The position numbers and the translations under genes were made by a program. Under the pieces are notes generated by a model, which saw only the letters and a list, made by a program, of their open reading frames with translations, made no database searches and was not told where the DNA came from. From Longimicrobiales bacterium (lineage in GTDB: Bacteria > Gemmatimonadota > Gemmatimonadetes > Longimicrobiales > RSA9), in NCBI GenBank assembly GCA_038257485.1, contig JBBSJG010000001.1:3559-67558 (forward strand): a stretch of DNA of 64,000 nucleotides, read 5' to 3'. The stretch's first letter is position 1, and every line of letters begins with the position of its first letter. This document shows positions 27,253-36,714 of this stretch, one piece after another.

Positions 27253-28356
27253 TTGTCGAGAACTGTCGATTTCCGACGCTGCTTGGCCGTCTCTACGGTC
27301 GTGACGGTGCTGGTGTCCGCGACGGCGGCGACGCCTGCTGTGCAGGCCCAGGATCCCGTTCAGGTCCCGGCGACCGCGGAGCGACGCGAGCACGTGGTGC
27401 GCAAGGGCGACACCCTATGGGACCTCGCGAAGACCTACTACGGGAACCCGTTCCTGTGGAAGGTCATCTATGACGCCAACAAGCCCGTGGTCGAGAATCC
27501 GCACTGGATCTACCCGATCGAGAGGCTGATCATCCCCGGTCTCGATGCCTCTGCGTCGCGGCCGCTTGGCAATCCGGTCCCGCCGTCGATCGCGATTGAA
27601 GTGATTCCGATGGTGGAGCCGGCCGATACGCCCGCCACGGTTCTGACGACGGTGGATATGCGCCGCCCGCTAGTGGCGCCGCTGGAGCACATGACAGCGC
27701 CATGGCTGCTCGGCACGCCGGTGGCGTCCGTGCTCGGACGGATCGTCCGGGTCTCTGACCCGAGTGCGACGGATGACCTGATCCCGCAGCAGCTGTATCC
27801 GAATGCACGCGTGGTCCTGGGCGAGCTGCGGGGAACGCCGATGCGTGTGGGCGACAGCATCCAGATTGTCCGGGTCGGGCGCCGTCTGGGAACGTACGGG
27901 TTCGTGGTCGAGCCTCTTGGCATCATGCGGGTGGACTCGCTGGGGACGGCGATCGCCACTGCGCACATGCTCCGGCAGTTCGGCCCGGCCAAGGTAGGCG
28001 ACTATGTGATGGCGCTGCCGCACGCCCCGATGATCGGTTGGGAACTTCAGCCGGTGAGTGGCGGGGCCGAAGGCAAGGTCCTGGAGTTCCTGGATCCCGC
28101 GGAGATCCACGGGCCCGGCGACCTCGCGTTCATCTCGCTGGGCGCTGGAGATGTGCGGATCGGAGACGAGCTGGCCGTGTACATTCCGCAGCAGAGACTC
28201 GACAATGAGCGACCGGACATTCTGCCGGCGCAGATGGTAGGGGTTGTGAGGGTGATCAAGGTGACTGATCATTCAGCAACCGTACGCGTGACTGGCGTTC
28301 GCAACACGGGGTTCCGGAACGGACTGCCTGCGCGTCTGGTACGGCGCGCGCCCTGA
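27253..28356 (+). CDS. LysM domain-containing secreted protein
   Basis: LysM motif HVVRKGDTLWDLAKTYYGNPFLWKVIYDANK. A TTG at 27253 gives a plausible signal peptide ending AVQAQ. The ORF-track ATG 27097 would overlap hemB by 32 nt. The start is uncertain, and about 300 aa of the C-terminus are unassigned. Confidence 0.6.
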   Translation: MSRTVDFRRCLAVSTVVTVLVSATAATPAVQAQDPVQVPATAERREHVVRKGDTLWDLAKTYYGNPFLWKVIYDANKPVVENPHWIYPIERLIIPGLDASASRPLGNPVPPSIAIEVIPMVEPADTPATVLTTVDMRRPLVAPLEHMTAPWLLGTPVASVLGRIVRVSDPSATDDLIPQQLYPNARVVLGELRGTPMRVGDSIQIVRVGRRLGTYGFVVEPLGIMRVDSLGTAIATAHMLRQFGPAKVGDYVMALPHAPMIGWELQPVSGGAEGKVLEFLDPAEIHGPGDLAFISLGAGDVRIGDELAVYIPQQRLDNERPDILPAQMVGVVRVIKVTDHSATVRVTGVRNTGFRNGLPARLVRRAP

Positions 28357-28393
28357 AGCGCGAGCCTGCCGTCGTCAGTTGAACATGCAAGCA

Positions 28394-28419
28394 GATACGG
28401 GCGCCACGGCGCCCGTATC
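28394..28419 (+). terminator. 11-bp perfect hairpin after the LysM gene (no T-run)
   Basis: GATACGGGCGC (28394-28404), loop CACG, then GCGCCCGTATC (28409-28419). The following sequence is not U-rich. Confidence 0.3.
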
Positions 28420-28434
28420 CGCATCAGGGATTCG

Positions 28435-29250
28435 ATGATCGAACTGTTCCACACAGTTGCCATATTCTTCTATGTAGCGGCGTCTGCATCACTGGGCGCC
28501 GCATTTGCCGGCAGGTCTGGATGGGCGCGCGCGGGTCTCCCTCTCGCGGCCGCAGGCGCGGCAGCGCATGCAGCGGGCATCACCGCGTACACGCGGGCGT
28601 TTGGTGAATTGCCCCTCGTCGGACTCGCGCCGTCCCTGTCGAGCATCGCATTTGGCATCACGATCTTCCTGCTGCTGATCGCGGTACTGACTGATTCGCG
28701 GTCCGTCGCCCTCATCATTCTGCCCATCGTTGCCATCCTGCTCACGGCTTCGCTGCTGTTCGGACTGTCTCCTGCAGGACGGCCGATGGTGTTCCGCGGT
28801 CCGTGGTTCACGCTGCACGTGATCTTCGCATTCGCCGCGTACGCCGGCCTCACTGTGGCCGCGGCCGCGGGCGGATTGTACCTGCTGCAGTTCCGCGAGC
28901 TCAAAGGGAAGCACCTGGGTCGCATGTTCCGGTTCTTCCCGCCACTGCCGACCCTCGACACCATCAGTCGCGCCGGGCTTCTCGTCGCACTGCCGTCGCT
29001 TACGGTTGCACTGGTTGTGGGCTTTGGTTGGAGCGCGCGGTTCGGACAATCGCCGCCACGCGAACATGCTCAGGTGATCTGGGGCGTCCTCACGTGGATC
29101 ACGTTCGTGGTGATACTCGCAGCGCGCGCCCCCCGCCTGGGGGGGCGTGAGCGGCGTGGCGCCGCTGCCTGCGTCATCGGGTTCGTCGTGATTCTGATCG
29201 CGTATGTAGTGCTTCGCATGTCGCCCGCTGCACAAGGTGGGTTCCTGTGA
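28435..29250 (+). CDS. Cytochrome c assembly (CcsA) family membrane protein, HemX-like
   Basis: 271 aa with about 8 TM segments. The core WFTLHVIFAFAAYAGLTVAAAAGGLYLLQ is CcsA/YpjD-like. It lies directly upstream of hemA and overlaps it, as hemX does in Bacillus hemAXCDBL. Confidence 0.7.
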   Translation: MIELFHTVAIFFYVAASASLGAAFAGRSGWARAGLPLAAAGAAAHAAGITAYTRAFGELPLVGLAPSLSSIAFGITIFLLLIAVLTDSRSVALIILPIVAILLTASLLFGLSPAGRPMVFRGPWFTLHVIFAFAAYAGLTVAAAAGGLYLLQFRELKGKHLGRMFRFFPPLPTLDTISRAGLLVALPSLTVALVVGFGWSARFGQSPPREHAQVIWGVLTWITFVVILAARAPRLGGRERRGAAACVIGFVVILIAYVVLRMSPAAQGGFL

Positions 29251-30545
29251 CGATCACGATCGTCGGACTCAGTCATCGCACTGCGCCGCTGGAGATCCGC
29301 GAGCGTTTCGTGATCGAGGGGGAAGCCGCGAGGGATGCGCTCCGCCGCCTGTCCGCGGCCGGCTGCGGCGAGGCGGTGCTGCTGTCGACGTGCAACAGGA
29401 CCGAGCTGTACCTGCGTGCGGACTCGCAGGCGAATGCACGCGCGCTCGCTGTGCGTTTCCTGTCCGGCCACGCAGGCATCAACGAAACGGACACCGACTC
29501 GTACATTTACCAGATGTTCGACGAGCATGCGATCCGTCATCTTTTCCGCGTGGTTGGCAGTCTCGACTCGATGGTCGTGGGGGAAGCGCAGATCCAGGGG
29601 CAGGTGCGCACTGCGTACGAGATGGCGCAGCGCGAGGGTGTGCTGACCGGGCCGGTCATGCCTCGCCTTTTCGAAACCGCGCTGCGCGTCGGCGGCCGGA
29701 TCAGAACGGAGACGAAGCTGGGGACGGGCGCAGCTTCGATTCCGTCAGCGGCTCTCGAGCTCGGCCGCAAGATCTTCGGTTCGCTGAAGGGCCGCTCCGC
29801 ACTGGTGATCGGGGCGGGTGAAATGAGTGAGCTGACCGTACGATGTCTGCGCGATGAGGGCGTGTCGGATATCGCCGTGGTGAACCGCACCGAGACGCGC
29901 GCGCAGGAGCTTGCCGCGACATTGAGCGCCCGCGCGATTTCGTTCACCGAAATACCGGCTGCGCTCGCCGACGCCGACATTGTTGTGACCGCGACAGCTG
30001 CGCCGCACGTGGTGCTGACGCGTGACGTCGTGGCGAAAGCGATCCGCGACCGCGACCGCCCGTTGCTGATTCTCGACATCGCACTGCCGCGGGATGTCGA
30101 GGCGACAGTGGCGGATCTGGACAATGTATTCCTGTATGACATCGATGACCTGAGCCAGGTGGTCGAGGGCAACCTGCGCAAGCGGCACTCGGAGATTGCG
30201 GCTGCGCAGGCCATCGTCACTGCCGAGACGGAGTGCTTCCAGGACTGGTGCCGCACGCGCGAAGTGGTGCCCGTGATTCGCGAGCTGCGCGGCTGGGCGG
30301 AGCGTGTGCGTGAGGCGGAGACGTCACGCGCGCTGCGCTCGCTGCGCCACCTCGCACCCGAGGACCTCGCCGCGGTGGAGGCGCTTACGAAGCAGCTCAT
30401 GGCCAAGGTCCTCCATCCACCCACGACCCGACTGCGGCAGGCGGCCGCATCGCAGAGCGACGGATCCATCGTCAATACGACGCGCTATCTTTTCGACCTC
30501 GACCCCGATGCGGCGAGTCACAACACCGACAAGGAAATGGAGTAA
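29247..30545 (+). CDS. hemA: Glutamyl-tRNA reductase
   Basis: 432 aa with the active-site Cys context VGLSHRTAPLEIRE, LSTCNRTELY, and the NADPH site VIGAGEMSE. Confidence 0.93.
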   Translation: MTITIVGLSHRTAPLEIRERFVIEGEAARDALRRLSAAGCGEAVLLSTCNRTELYLRADSQANARALAVRFLSGHAGINETDTDSYIYQMFDEHAIRHLFRVVGSLDSMVVGEAQIQGQVRTAYEMAQREGVLTGPVMPRLFETALRVGGRIRTETKLGTGAASIPSAALELGRKIFGSLKGRSALVIGAGEMSELTVRCLRDEGVSDIAVVNRTETRAQELAATLSARAISFTEIPAALADADIVVTATAAPHVVLTRDVVAKAIRDRDRPLLILDIALPRDVEATVADLDNVFLYDIDDLSQVVEGNLRKRHSEIAAAQAIVTAETECFQDWCRTREVVPVIRELRGWAERVREAETSRALRSLRHLAPEDLAAVEALTKQLMAKVLHPPTTRLRQAAASQSDGSIVNTTRYLFDLDPDAASHNTDKEME

Positions 30546-30547
30546 GC

Positions 30548-31504
30548 ATGGCGCGTAAAGTCCTGATCACTGGCGGAGCCGGTTTCATTGGAAGCCATAT
30601 CGCCGAAGCGTATCAGAAGCGTGGCGACAAGGTGTGGATCGTGGATAACCTGTCGAGCGGGAAGCGCTCGAACGTACCTGCGGGTGCGGAACTGGTCGAG
30701 ATGGACATTCGCGATGACGGCATGAACGCATTGTTCGCCGACGTCGGCGGGTTCGACATCGTCAATCATCACGCTGCACAACTCGATGTGCGTTCGTCCG
30801 TGGACGATCCGCGCAATGACGCAAGCATCAATGTCGATGGGTTTCTGAATGTCGTGGAGTGCGCGCTCCGCCACCGCGCGCAACGATTCATCTTCGTGTC
30901 CTCGGGTGGCGTCGTGTATGGCGAGCCGGAAACGCGGCCGACCGCGGAAGCGTCCCCGAAGGCGCCTCGCTCGCCGTATGGTGTGAGCAAATTGACTGCG
31001 GAGCATTATCTGTATTACTACGCCAATGTCCATGGCATGGAGTATGTCGCGCTGCGGTACAGCAATGTCTACGGACCCCGCCAGGACCCGCACGGGGAGG
31101 CGGGTGTTGTCGCGATCTTTTCGAACAGGATCCATGCCGGTGAGCCCATTACGATCTTTGGCGATGGCGAACAGACGCGCGACTACGTGTATGTAGGCGA
31201 TGTCGTGCGTGCGAACATCGCAGTCACGGATGCGACACTCGAACCGGCGAAGACGCTGGACAGCAGGGCGTACAATGTTGGTACCGGCATCGAGACGTCT
31301 GTGAACGAGCTCGCGCGCGAGCTGATGTCATCGGCGGGCAAGGAAGTCGAGATCCGGTACGCGGCGGCCAGGCCGGGCGAGCTGCAGAATTCGTGTCTGG
31401 ACAATACGCGCATCCGCTCGCTCGGATGGACGCAGCAGCAGGCGCTCGCGGGTGGACTCGCGGAGACCTACAACTATATCACCCGACGGGAGGCCCGCCC
31501 TTGA
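30548..31504 (+). CDS. NAD-dependent sugar epimerase/dehydratase (GalE-like SDR)
   Basis: VLITGGAGFIGSH, the YGVSKLTAE catalytic YxxxK, and RYSNVYGPRQ. Confidence 0.85.
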   Translation: MARKVLITGGAGFIGSHIAEAYQKRGDKVWIVDNLSSGKRSNVPAGAELVEMDIRDDGMNALFADVGGFDIVNHHAAQLDVRSSVDDPRNDASINVDGFLNVVECALRHRAQRFIFVSSGGVVYGEPETRPTAEASPKAPRSPYGVSKLTAEHYLYYYANVHGMEYVALRYSNVYGPRQDPHGEAGVVAIFSNRIHAGEPITIFGDGEQTRDYVYVGDVVRANIAVTDATLEPAKTLDSRAYNVGTGIETSVNELARELMSSAGKEVEIRYAAARPGELQNSCLDNTRIRSLGWTQQQALAGGLAETYNYITRREARP

Positions 31505-31509
31505 TCGCC

Positions 31510-32208
31510 ATGCTGCAGACCGCGCAGATCGGAACCGTGGACATCCTGCGTGCAGCGCCATGGTATACGCTCGCAGTACTCGCCATCCTGATTGTGACGT
31601 CCATCGCAGGATGGGTCCTGATCTTCTGGAAATGGCGGCAGTTCCGTCGCCTGAAGGCGGATGGTTTTCGCTTCGTCCAGGCCATGGAACGCACGCAGCG
31701 CCTCGAGGATGCCTACAAGACCGTCATGCGGCTGCCAGAGACGCCGTACAGCAGGATCTTCAAGCAGGGCGCGAATTTCTTCAGCGAGCTGCGACCCGGC
31801 GCGCTGCGGGAGAACGCGCCCGCGCAGGCGGGCCTGACCGAAACGCAGCTCAATGCGCTGTGGCTGATCCTGGAGAAGGTTCAGGATGAGGAACGCGACC
31901 TGATGTCGGGCGGTATGGTCTGGCTGGCGATCATTGCCGTCGTCGGTCCGTTGCTCGGCCTGTTGGGCACCACACTCGGCGTCATGCATTCATTCCTGGG
32001 CGTGGCGAACAGCGGGTCCGCGGGCATCGCCGCAGTGGGTCCGGGTATCGCCGAGGCCCTGGTGACAACGGCCATCGGCCTCGTGGCAGCGATCCCGGCG
32101 TCGATTGCATACAACTATTTCACGACACGGCTCAACCGCTTCAGCGGCGAGTTGGACGGGTTCGCGAGCGAGTTCATCGGCAGCCTCGCGCGGGAAGGGA
32201 AGCTCTAG
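31510..32208 (+). CDS. tolQ: Tol-Pal system proton channel protein TolQ (MotA/TolQ/ExbB family)
   Basis: LGLLGTTLGVMHSF and GPGIAEALVTTAIGLVAAIPASIAYNYF motifs. The start could also be TTG 31501, which overlaps the upstream stop. Confidence 0.85.
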   Translation: MLQTAQIGTVDILRAAPWYTLAVLAILIVTSIAGWVLIFWKWRQFRRLKADGFRFVQAMERTQRLEDAYKTVMRLPETPYSRIFKQGANFFSELRPGALRENAPAQAGLTETQLNALWLILEKVQDEERDLMSGGMVWLAIIAVVGPLLGLLGTTLGVMHSFLGVANSGSAGIAAVGPGIAEALVTTAIGLVAAIPASIAYNYFTTRLNRFSGELDGFASEFIGSLAREGKL

Positions 32209-32622
32209 GTGATCACGAAACGGAACCGGCGGGATTCCTTGCCGGTGAATGCAGAGATCAATCTCACGAACCTGATCGACATCGCGTTCGTGCTGCTGAT
32301 CATCTTCATGATCACCGCGCCGATCCTGCAGGGCGGCGTCGACCTGGAGCTGCCGAAGGGTGAAGCGACGCCGATCGAGGCGTCGGACGCCGTTGTGGTG
32401 AGTCTGACGACGGACGGCCGGATCTTCATCGACAAGACCGTGGTGACGATGGAGGACCTGGGCGAACAGATGAAGCGATATGCCGGATCGGATCAGCAGA
32501 TCTCGGTGCGCGCGGACAAGGATGTGCCATCGGGCGAATTGACGCGTGCACTGGCCATCATGAACAAGGCAGGTGTCACCAACTTCGGGTTGATGATGGA
32601 ACAGCAACAGGAAATTCGTTGA
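32209..32622 (+). CDS. tolR: Tol-Pal system protein TolR (ExbD/TolR family)
   Basis: 137 aa. INLTNLIDIAFVLLIIFMITAP is the ExbD/TolR TM motif with the conserved Asp. Confidence 0.85.
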   Translation: MITKRNRRDSLPVNAEINLTNLIDIAFVLLIIFMITAPILQGGVDLELPKGEATPIEASDAVVVSLTTDGRIFIDKTVVTMEDLGEQMKRYAGSDQQISVRADKDVPSGELTRALAIMNKAGVTNFGLMMEQQQEIR

Positions 32623-33356
32623 CCGTGGACGGCGAGGACGGCGCTCAGCAGGATGTGCTGCGACTCGGGGATTCGCTGCGACGTCGCAGCGGACGCCCGG
32701 GCCTCGGTCCGTTCGCAATCTCGTTCGCCATCCATGGAGCCGCGCTGGCCGTGTTTCTGTTCGCGGGCAATGCCATGAGCGCGGATCCCACGGAGTACCA
32801 GACCGTCGCAATCCACCTGGTGTCCCCGCCGCCCACCGTGCTCGGGGAGCCCGAGCCCGTGCAGACCACCGCAGCGGTCGCGGAAACGCCTAAAGAAGTT
32901 GTGGAGCCGGTCAAGGCACCCGCGAAGCCTGTCGAGAAACCGAAAGCGCAGACGCAGTCCGCGCTCGACAAGAAGGTGGTGTCGAAGCCCGCGAAGCCGG
33001 CGCAGGGCCTCAATCCGAAGCCCGGCCCGGTGGGCGGCGAGGGTCTGAACATCGTCCAGGATGGTGTAGCGTTCCCGTACCCCGACTACCTCAACAACGT
33101 CATCTTCAGACTCTCGAGTTCACTGCGCTGGCAGGGGCAGGCCGCGAACCTGACTGCCGAGGTGGGGTTCTACATCAAACGCGACGGTTCGGTGACGGCG
33201 ATCAAGGTGCTGCGGGAGTCGGGGAACGACGCGTTCGACCTGGCAGCGGTCGCGGCTGTCGAGAATGCCGGTCGCATGAAGGTGATCGGCCCGCTGCCGC
33301 GCGAATGGCAGGGTGACCGCCTCGCGATCCGGTTCACATTCGTACCCAACAACTGA
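32619..33356 (+). CDS. TolA-like / TonB C-terminal domain protein
   Basis: It has an N-terminal TM segment (FAISFAIHGAALAVFLF), a Pro/Lys-rich linker (PKEVVEPVKAPAKPVEKPKAQ) and a TonB-type C-terminal domain. Its position between tolR and tolB supports the call. Confidence 0.65.
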   Translation: MTVDGEDGAQQDVLRLGDSLRRRSGRPGLGPFAISFAIHGAALAVFLFAGNAMSADPTEYQTVAIHLVSPPPTVLGEPEPVQTTAAVAETPKEVVEPVKAPAKPVEKPKAQTQSALDKKVVSKPAKPAQGLNPKPGPVGGEGLNIVQDGVAFPYPDYLNNVIFRLSSSLRWQGQAANLTAEVGFYIKRDGSVTAIKVLRESGNDAFDLAAVAAVENAGRMKVIGPLPREWQGDRLAIRFTFVPNN

Positions 33357-33367
33357 GTAGAATCGTC

Positions 33368-34765
33368 ATGCGCCGTTTCCCATCTCATGTCATGCCCGCA
33401 CTCGTCATGCTTGCGCTCGCCGGCTCGGCCGCTGCCGTGAGCGCACAGGACCAGCCGTCCGCGATCGCATTGCGCGGCGGCTACAATGCAGCAGAGCGCG
33501 CGGCCGTCGCAGTCCGACCCTTCGCGGGCGCCGGTGCGAGCGCAGATGTGCTCGATTCCATGGCCACGATCGTTCGCCGCGACCTCGCCTACAGCGACCG
33601 CTTCGAGATGGTCACGACACCTTCCACACTCGCCACTGGCGCCGTCAATTACCCGGCATGGAATGCACTGCGCGCGTGGTATCTGGTTACGGGCGACGCA
33701 GTCGCGACGGCGAACGGGTACGAGCTCACGCTCACCGTGCACGACGTCGTCTACTCGAAGGTGAAGACATCCGCGCGCTATCGGATCCCCGCGATGAATG
33801 CAACGACCACCGCGGCGTTCCGCATGGCGCTGCATGCGCTCGCGGACGAAGTGGTGCGGACCATCAGCAATCAGCCTGGTCACGCAGCGACGCGCATCGC
33901 ATTCAACCGGCAGAACAAGGCGGGCAGCGCGAATGCGACGGGTTCCTTCGACCTGCTCATCGTGGACTCGGACGGATTCGGTCTGCGCAGGCTGTCGGGC
34001 GCGACGGGGCAGATCTACTCGCCTGCATGGTCGCCGGATGGAAAGAAGCTCGCCTACATGCAGGGATCTGCGGCGGGACAGCGCATCGTTGAACAGGACA
34101 TCCAGACGGGTGCAACGCGCGTCATCAGCAGCGCGCCGATGTCGACCACCGCTGCGTACTCACCCGATGGTTCACGCATCGCGTTCTCCGCGTGGCATGA
34201 GCAGGGCCGCGAATCGAACGCGGAGCTGTACGAATACGATGCCGTGCGCAACTGCTGTGCGAAACGATTAACCAGCGCGCGTCTCGAGGATCAGTCCCCG
34301 ACATATTCGCCGGATGGATCTCGCATTGCATTCATGTCGAGCCGCCTCGGTCTGCCGCACATCTATGTCATGCCTGCAGCAGGCGGCGCGGGTACACTGC
34401 TGACGCCGTATGTCGTGGGACAGAAGGGCTACTACTTCGGGCCCGACTGGTCACCGACCAGCGATGAAATTGTATTCGCGGGGCATTGGAACAGTCGAGG
34501 CACCTACCAGATCATGATCGCCGACGCGCGCCGGGCGCAGGGGCAGATCCGCCAGCTTACAACGGCGGGCGACAACGAGGATCCGAGCTGGGCGCCGGAC
34601 GGCAGGCACATCGTGTTCTCATCCGGGGTGGGCGATCAGCAGCTCAGCTTGTATGTTATCGACGCGGTGACCGAAACGCGTCGCAAGCTTGTCGATGGTG
34701 GCAAGCTGCGGATGTCGGACTGGTCCCCGCCACTTGCGCGTGCGTCAGACTATGTCGTGCGCTAA
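33368..34765 (+). CDS. tolB: Tol-Pal system beta-propeller protein TolB
   Basis: 465 aa with a signal peptide and repeated SPxWSPDG(K/S)xIAF blades (SPAWSPDGKKLAY, YSPDGSRIAFS, PSWAPDGRHIVFS). Confidence 0.85.
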   Translation: MRRFPSHVMPALVMLALAGSAAAVSAQDQPSAIALRGGYNAAERAAVAVRPFAGAGASADVLDSMATIVRRDLAYSDRFEMVTTPSTLATGAVNYPAWNALRAWYLVTGDAVATANGYELTLTVHDVVYSKVKTSARYRIPAMNATTTAAFRMALHALADEVVRTISNQPGHAATRIAFNRQNKAGSANATGSFDLLIVDSDGFGLRRLSGATGQIYSPAWSPDGKKLAYMQGSAAGQRIVEQDIQTGATRVISSAPMSTTAAYSPDGSRIAFSAWHEQGRESNAELYEYDAVRNCCAKRLTSARLEDQSPTYSPDGSRIAFMSSRLGLPHIYVMPAAGGAGTLLTPYVVGQKGYYFGPDWSPTSDEIVFAGHWNSRGTYQIMIADARRAQGQIRQLTTAGDNEDPSWAPDGRHIVFSSGVGDQQLSLYVIDAVTETRRKLVDGGKLRMSDWSPPLARASDYVVR

Positions 34766-34825
34766 TTCCACATGTTTCCGGACAATACCATGAACTGGAC
34801 ACGTCCACTACGAGGAGAAGTGACG

Positions 34826-35425
34826 ATGCTTCGACCTGTCGTGTTGTTCTCACTGATGACCGCTGTTGCACTTGGCGCATGCGCCAAGAAGAAGCCGGTG
34901 GTTGTGACGCCGGATAACACGACTCCGGTCGTCTCGCCGACGGACACGGCGCAGGCGCGTCGCGATCGTGAAGCCGCCGAACGTGCGCGCACGGATTCGA
35001 TTGCGAGCGCTCGTGCGGCGGAAGAGGCAGCGGAGCGGGAGCGCATCATGGCAGGACTGCGCAATACGCTCGAGCAGGTGATCTACTTCGAGTACGACGA
35101 TGACAAGCTGCGCGACGATGCCGCGGAGGCGCTGGGGCAGAAAGTTCAATTCCTGCGGGCGAATCCAGGCATCCGCATCCGCATCACGGGCCACACGGAC
35201 GAGCGAGGGTCGGTGGAGTACAACCTGGCGCTAGGGATGCGCCGTGCGCAGGTCGTGAAGGACTACCTGGTCGGGTTCAGCATCGACGAGAGCAGACTGG
35301 AGATTGTCAGCATGGGTGAGGATCAACCGCAGGATGTTGGTCATGACGATGCGGCGTGGGCAAAGAACCGCCGTGCCGGGTTTACGATCACGAGCGGCAA
35401 CGCGCTGACGGCGCCGGGGCAGTAA
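34826..35425 (+). CDS. pal: Peptidoglycan-associated lipoprotein Pal (OmpA family)
   Basis: Lipobox AVALGAC, with an OmpA C-terminal domain (VIYFEYDDDKL...ITGHTDERGSVEYNLALGMRRA). The start is the internal ATG 34826 of ORF 34772. Confidence 0.85.
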   Translation: MLRPVVLFSLMTAVALGACAKKKPVVVTPDNTTPVVSPTDTAQARRDREAAERARTDSIASARAAEEAAERERIMAGLRNTLEQVIYFEYDDDKLRDDAAEALGQKVQFLRANPGIRIRITGHTDERGSVEYNLALGMRRAQVVKDYLVGFSIDESRLEIVSMGEDQPQDVGHDDAAWAKNRRAGFTITSGNALTAPGQ

Positions 35426-36216
35426 TGGGCAGCGCGGCGAAGCGTCGGATCGTGTCGCGTCGCCGCGTTCTCCTGGCGGCGGCACTCGGGGGGGTGTTGA
35501 TCCTTCCCGGGTGTGCCACCAGGAAAGACGTGCGCACGCTACAGGCGACGATCGAGCAGATGCAGGTGCGCCAGGATTCCGTGTTGCGGGATATCCAGCG
35601 TCAGAATCGACTGATGCTCGATACACTGCGTTCGAGCATGGCGCTGACGCTCGACTCGCGGGGTCAGACGAGCCACCGGTTCACCGAGATGAACAGCCTG
35701 ATGGAGTCGTTGCGTCAGCTGGTGGGGCAGAACCTGGAGGCGATGCGTCAGCTGGCGGCGAGGATGGATGCCGTTGAGTCGCGGACGCAGGCGGTCGCGG
35801 TGCAGCAATCACAGGCGCCGGTCCAGTCGACGCCGAGCGGTTCGGCGTTGCAGACGTACCAGGCGGGGATGGCCAAGATGAAGGAAGGCTCGTACGGCTC
35901 CGCGAGGACGTACTTCCAGAGCGTCATCCGGTCCTATCGGGACGATCCGCTGGCGGCCGATGCACAGTTCCAGATCGGCGAGTCGTGGGTGTTCGAGGAA
36001 AGTTATGACGATGCGTACCGCGCGTTCGAGCAGGTCGCATCGGACTGGCCAGCCTCGGAGCGGGCGGCAGCGGCGCTGTACCGTGCGGGCAAGGTGGCGG
36101 AGGACCGGAAGGACAATGCGAACGCGAGGAAGTACTACAACCGCGTGGTGCAGTTGTATCCGGACTCTGCGCAGGCGAAGCTCGCGCGGACGGCGGTCGG
36201 GAAGCTCCCTCGCTAG
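35425..36216 (+). CDS. cpoB: Tol-Pal system protein CpoB/YbgF
   Basis: Lipobox-like signal (LILPGC), a coiled-coil N-terminal half and a C-terminal TPR region (YQAGMAKMKEGSY...YYNRVVQLYPDSAQA). It is the last gene of the tol-pal order. Confidence 0.75.
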   Translation: MGSAAKRRIVSRRRVLLAAALGGVLILPGCATRKDVRTLQATIEQMQVRQDSVLRDIQRQNRLMLDTLRSSMALTLDSRGQTSHRFTEMNSLMESLRQLVGQNLEAMRQLAARMDAVESRTQAVAVQQSQAPVQSTPSGSALQTYQAGMAKMKEGSYGSARTYFQSVIRSYRDDPLAADAQFQIGESWVFEESYDDAYRAFEQVASDWPASERAAAALYRAGKVAEDRKDNANARKYYNRVVQLYPDSAQAKLARTAVGKLPR

Positions 36217-36714
36217 ATGCGCTGCCCCTACTGCCACGGCACGGAAGATCGCGTCGTCGATTCACGGACCGGCCCCGAGGGCCGGTCCGTTCGTCGTCGT
36301 CGGGAGTGTGAGGGGTGCGGGAAGCGGTTCACGACGTACGAGTATGTCGAGGAGCGCCAGCTCCTGGTGAAGAAGGCGGACGGCCAGACGCAGCCGTTCG
36401 AGCGTCGCAAGCTGGAGCAGGCGTTGCGTCTGCCGTGCGCCAAGCGTCCGATCTCCAGCGCTGACATCGAGGCGATGGTGAATGCCGTCGAGGACCAACT
36501 GTTGCAGATCGGGGAGGACGAAATCGAGAGCGGGCGTATTGGTGAACTGGTGATGGATCAGCTCAAGGCCAGAGACCACGTCGCCTACGTCCGTTATGCT
36601 TCTGTATACAGGAACTTTCAGGACCTCGATGAGTTCTACGATGAGCTGAAGGACCTCAGCGCCCGCCGGGCCCGTGCGGCACTCAGCAAGAACCAGGAAG
36701 AATTGCCGCTCTAG
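36217..36714 (+). CDS. nrdR: Transcriptional repressor NrdR
   Basis: MRCPYCHGTEDRVVDSR...CEGCGKRFTTYE forms the zinc ribbon, followed by an ATP-cone. Confidence 0.95.
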   Translation: MRCPYCHGTEDRVVDSRTGPEGRSVRRRRECEGCGKRFTTYEYVEERQLLVKKADGQTQPFERRKLEQALRLPCAKRPISSADIEAMVNAVEDQLLQIGEDEIESGRIGELVMDQLKARDHVAYVRYASVYRNFQDLDEFYDELKDLSARRARAALSKNQEELPL

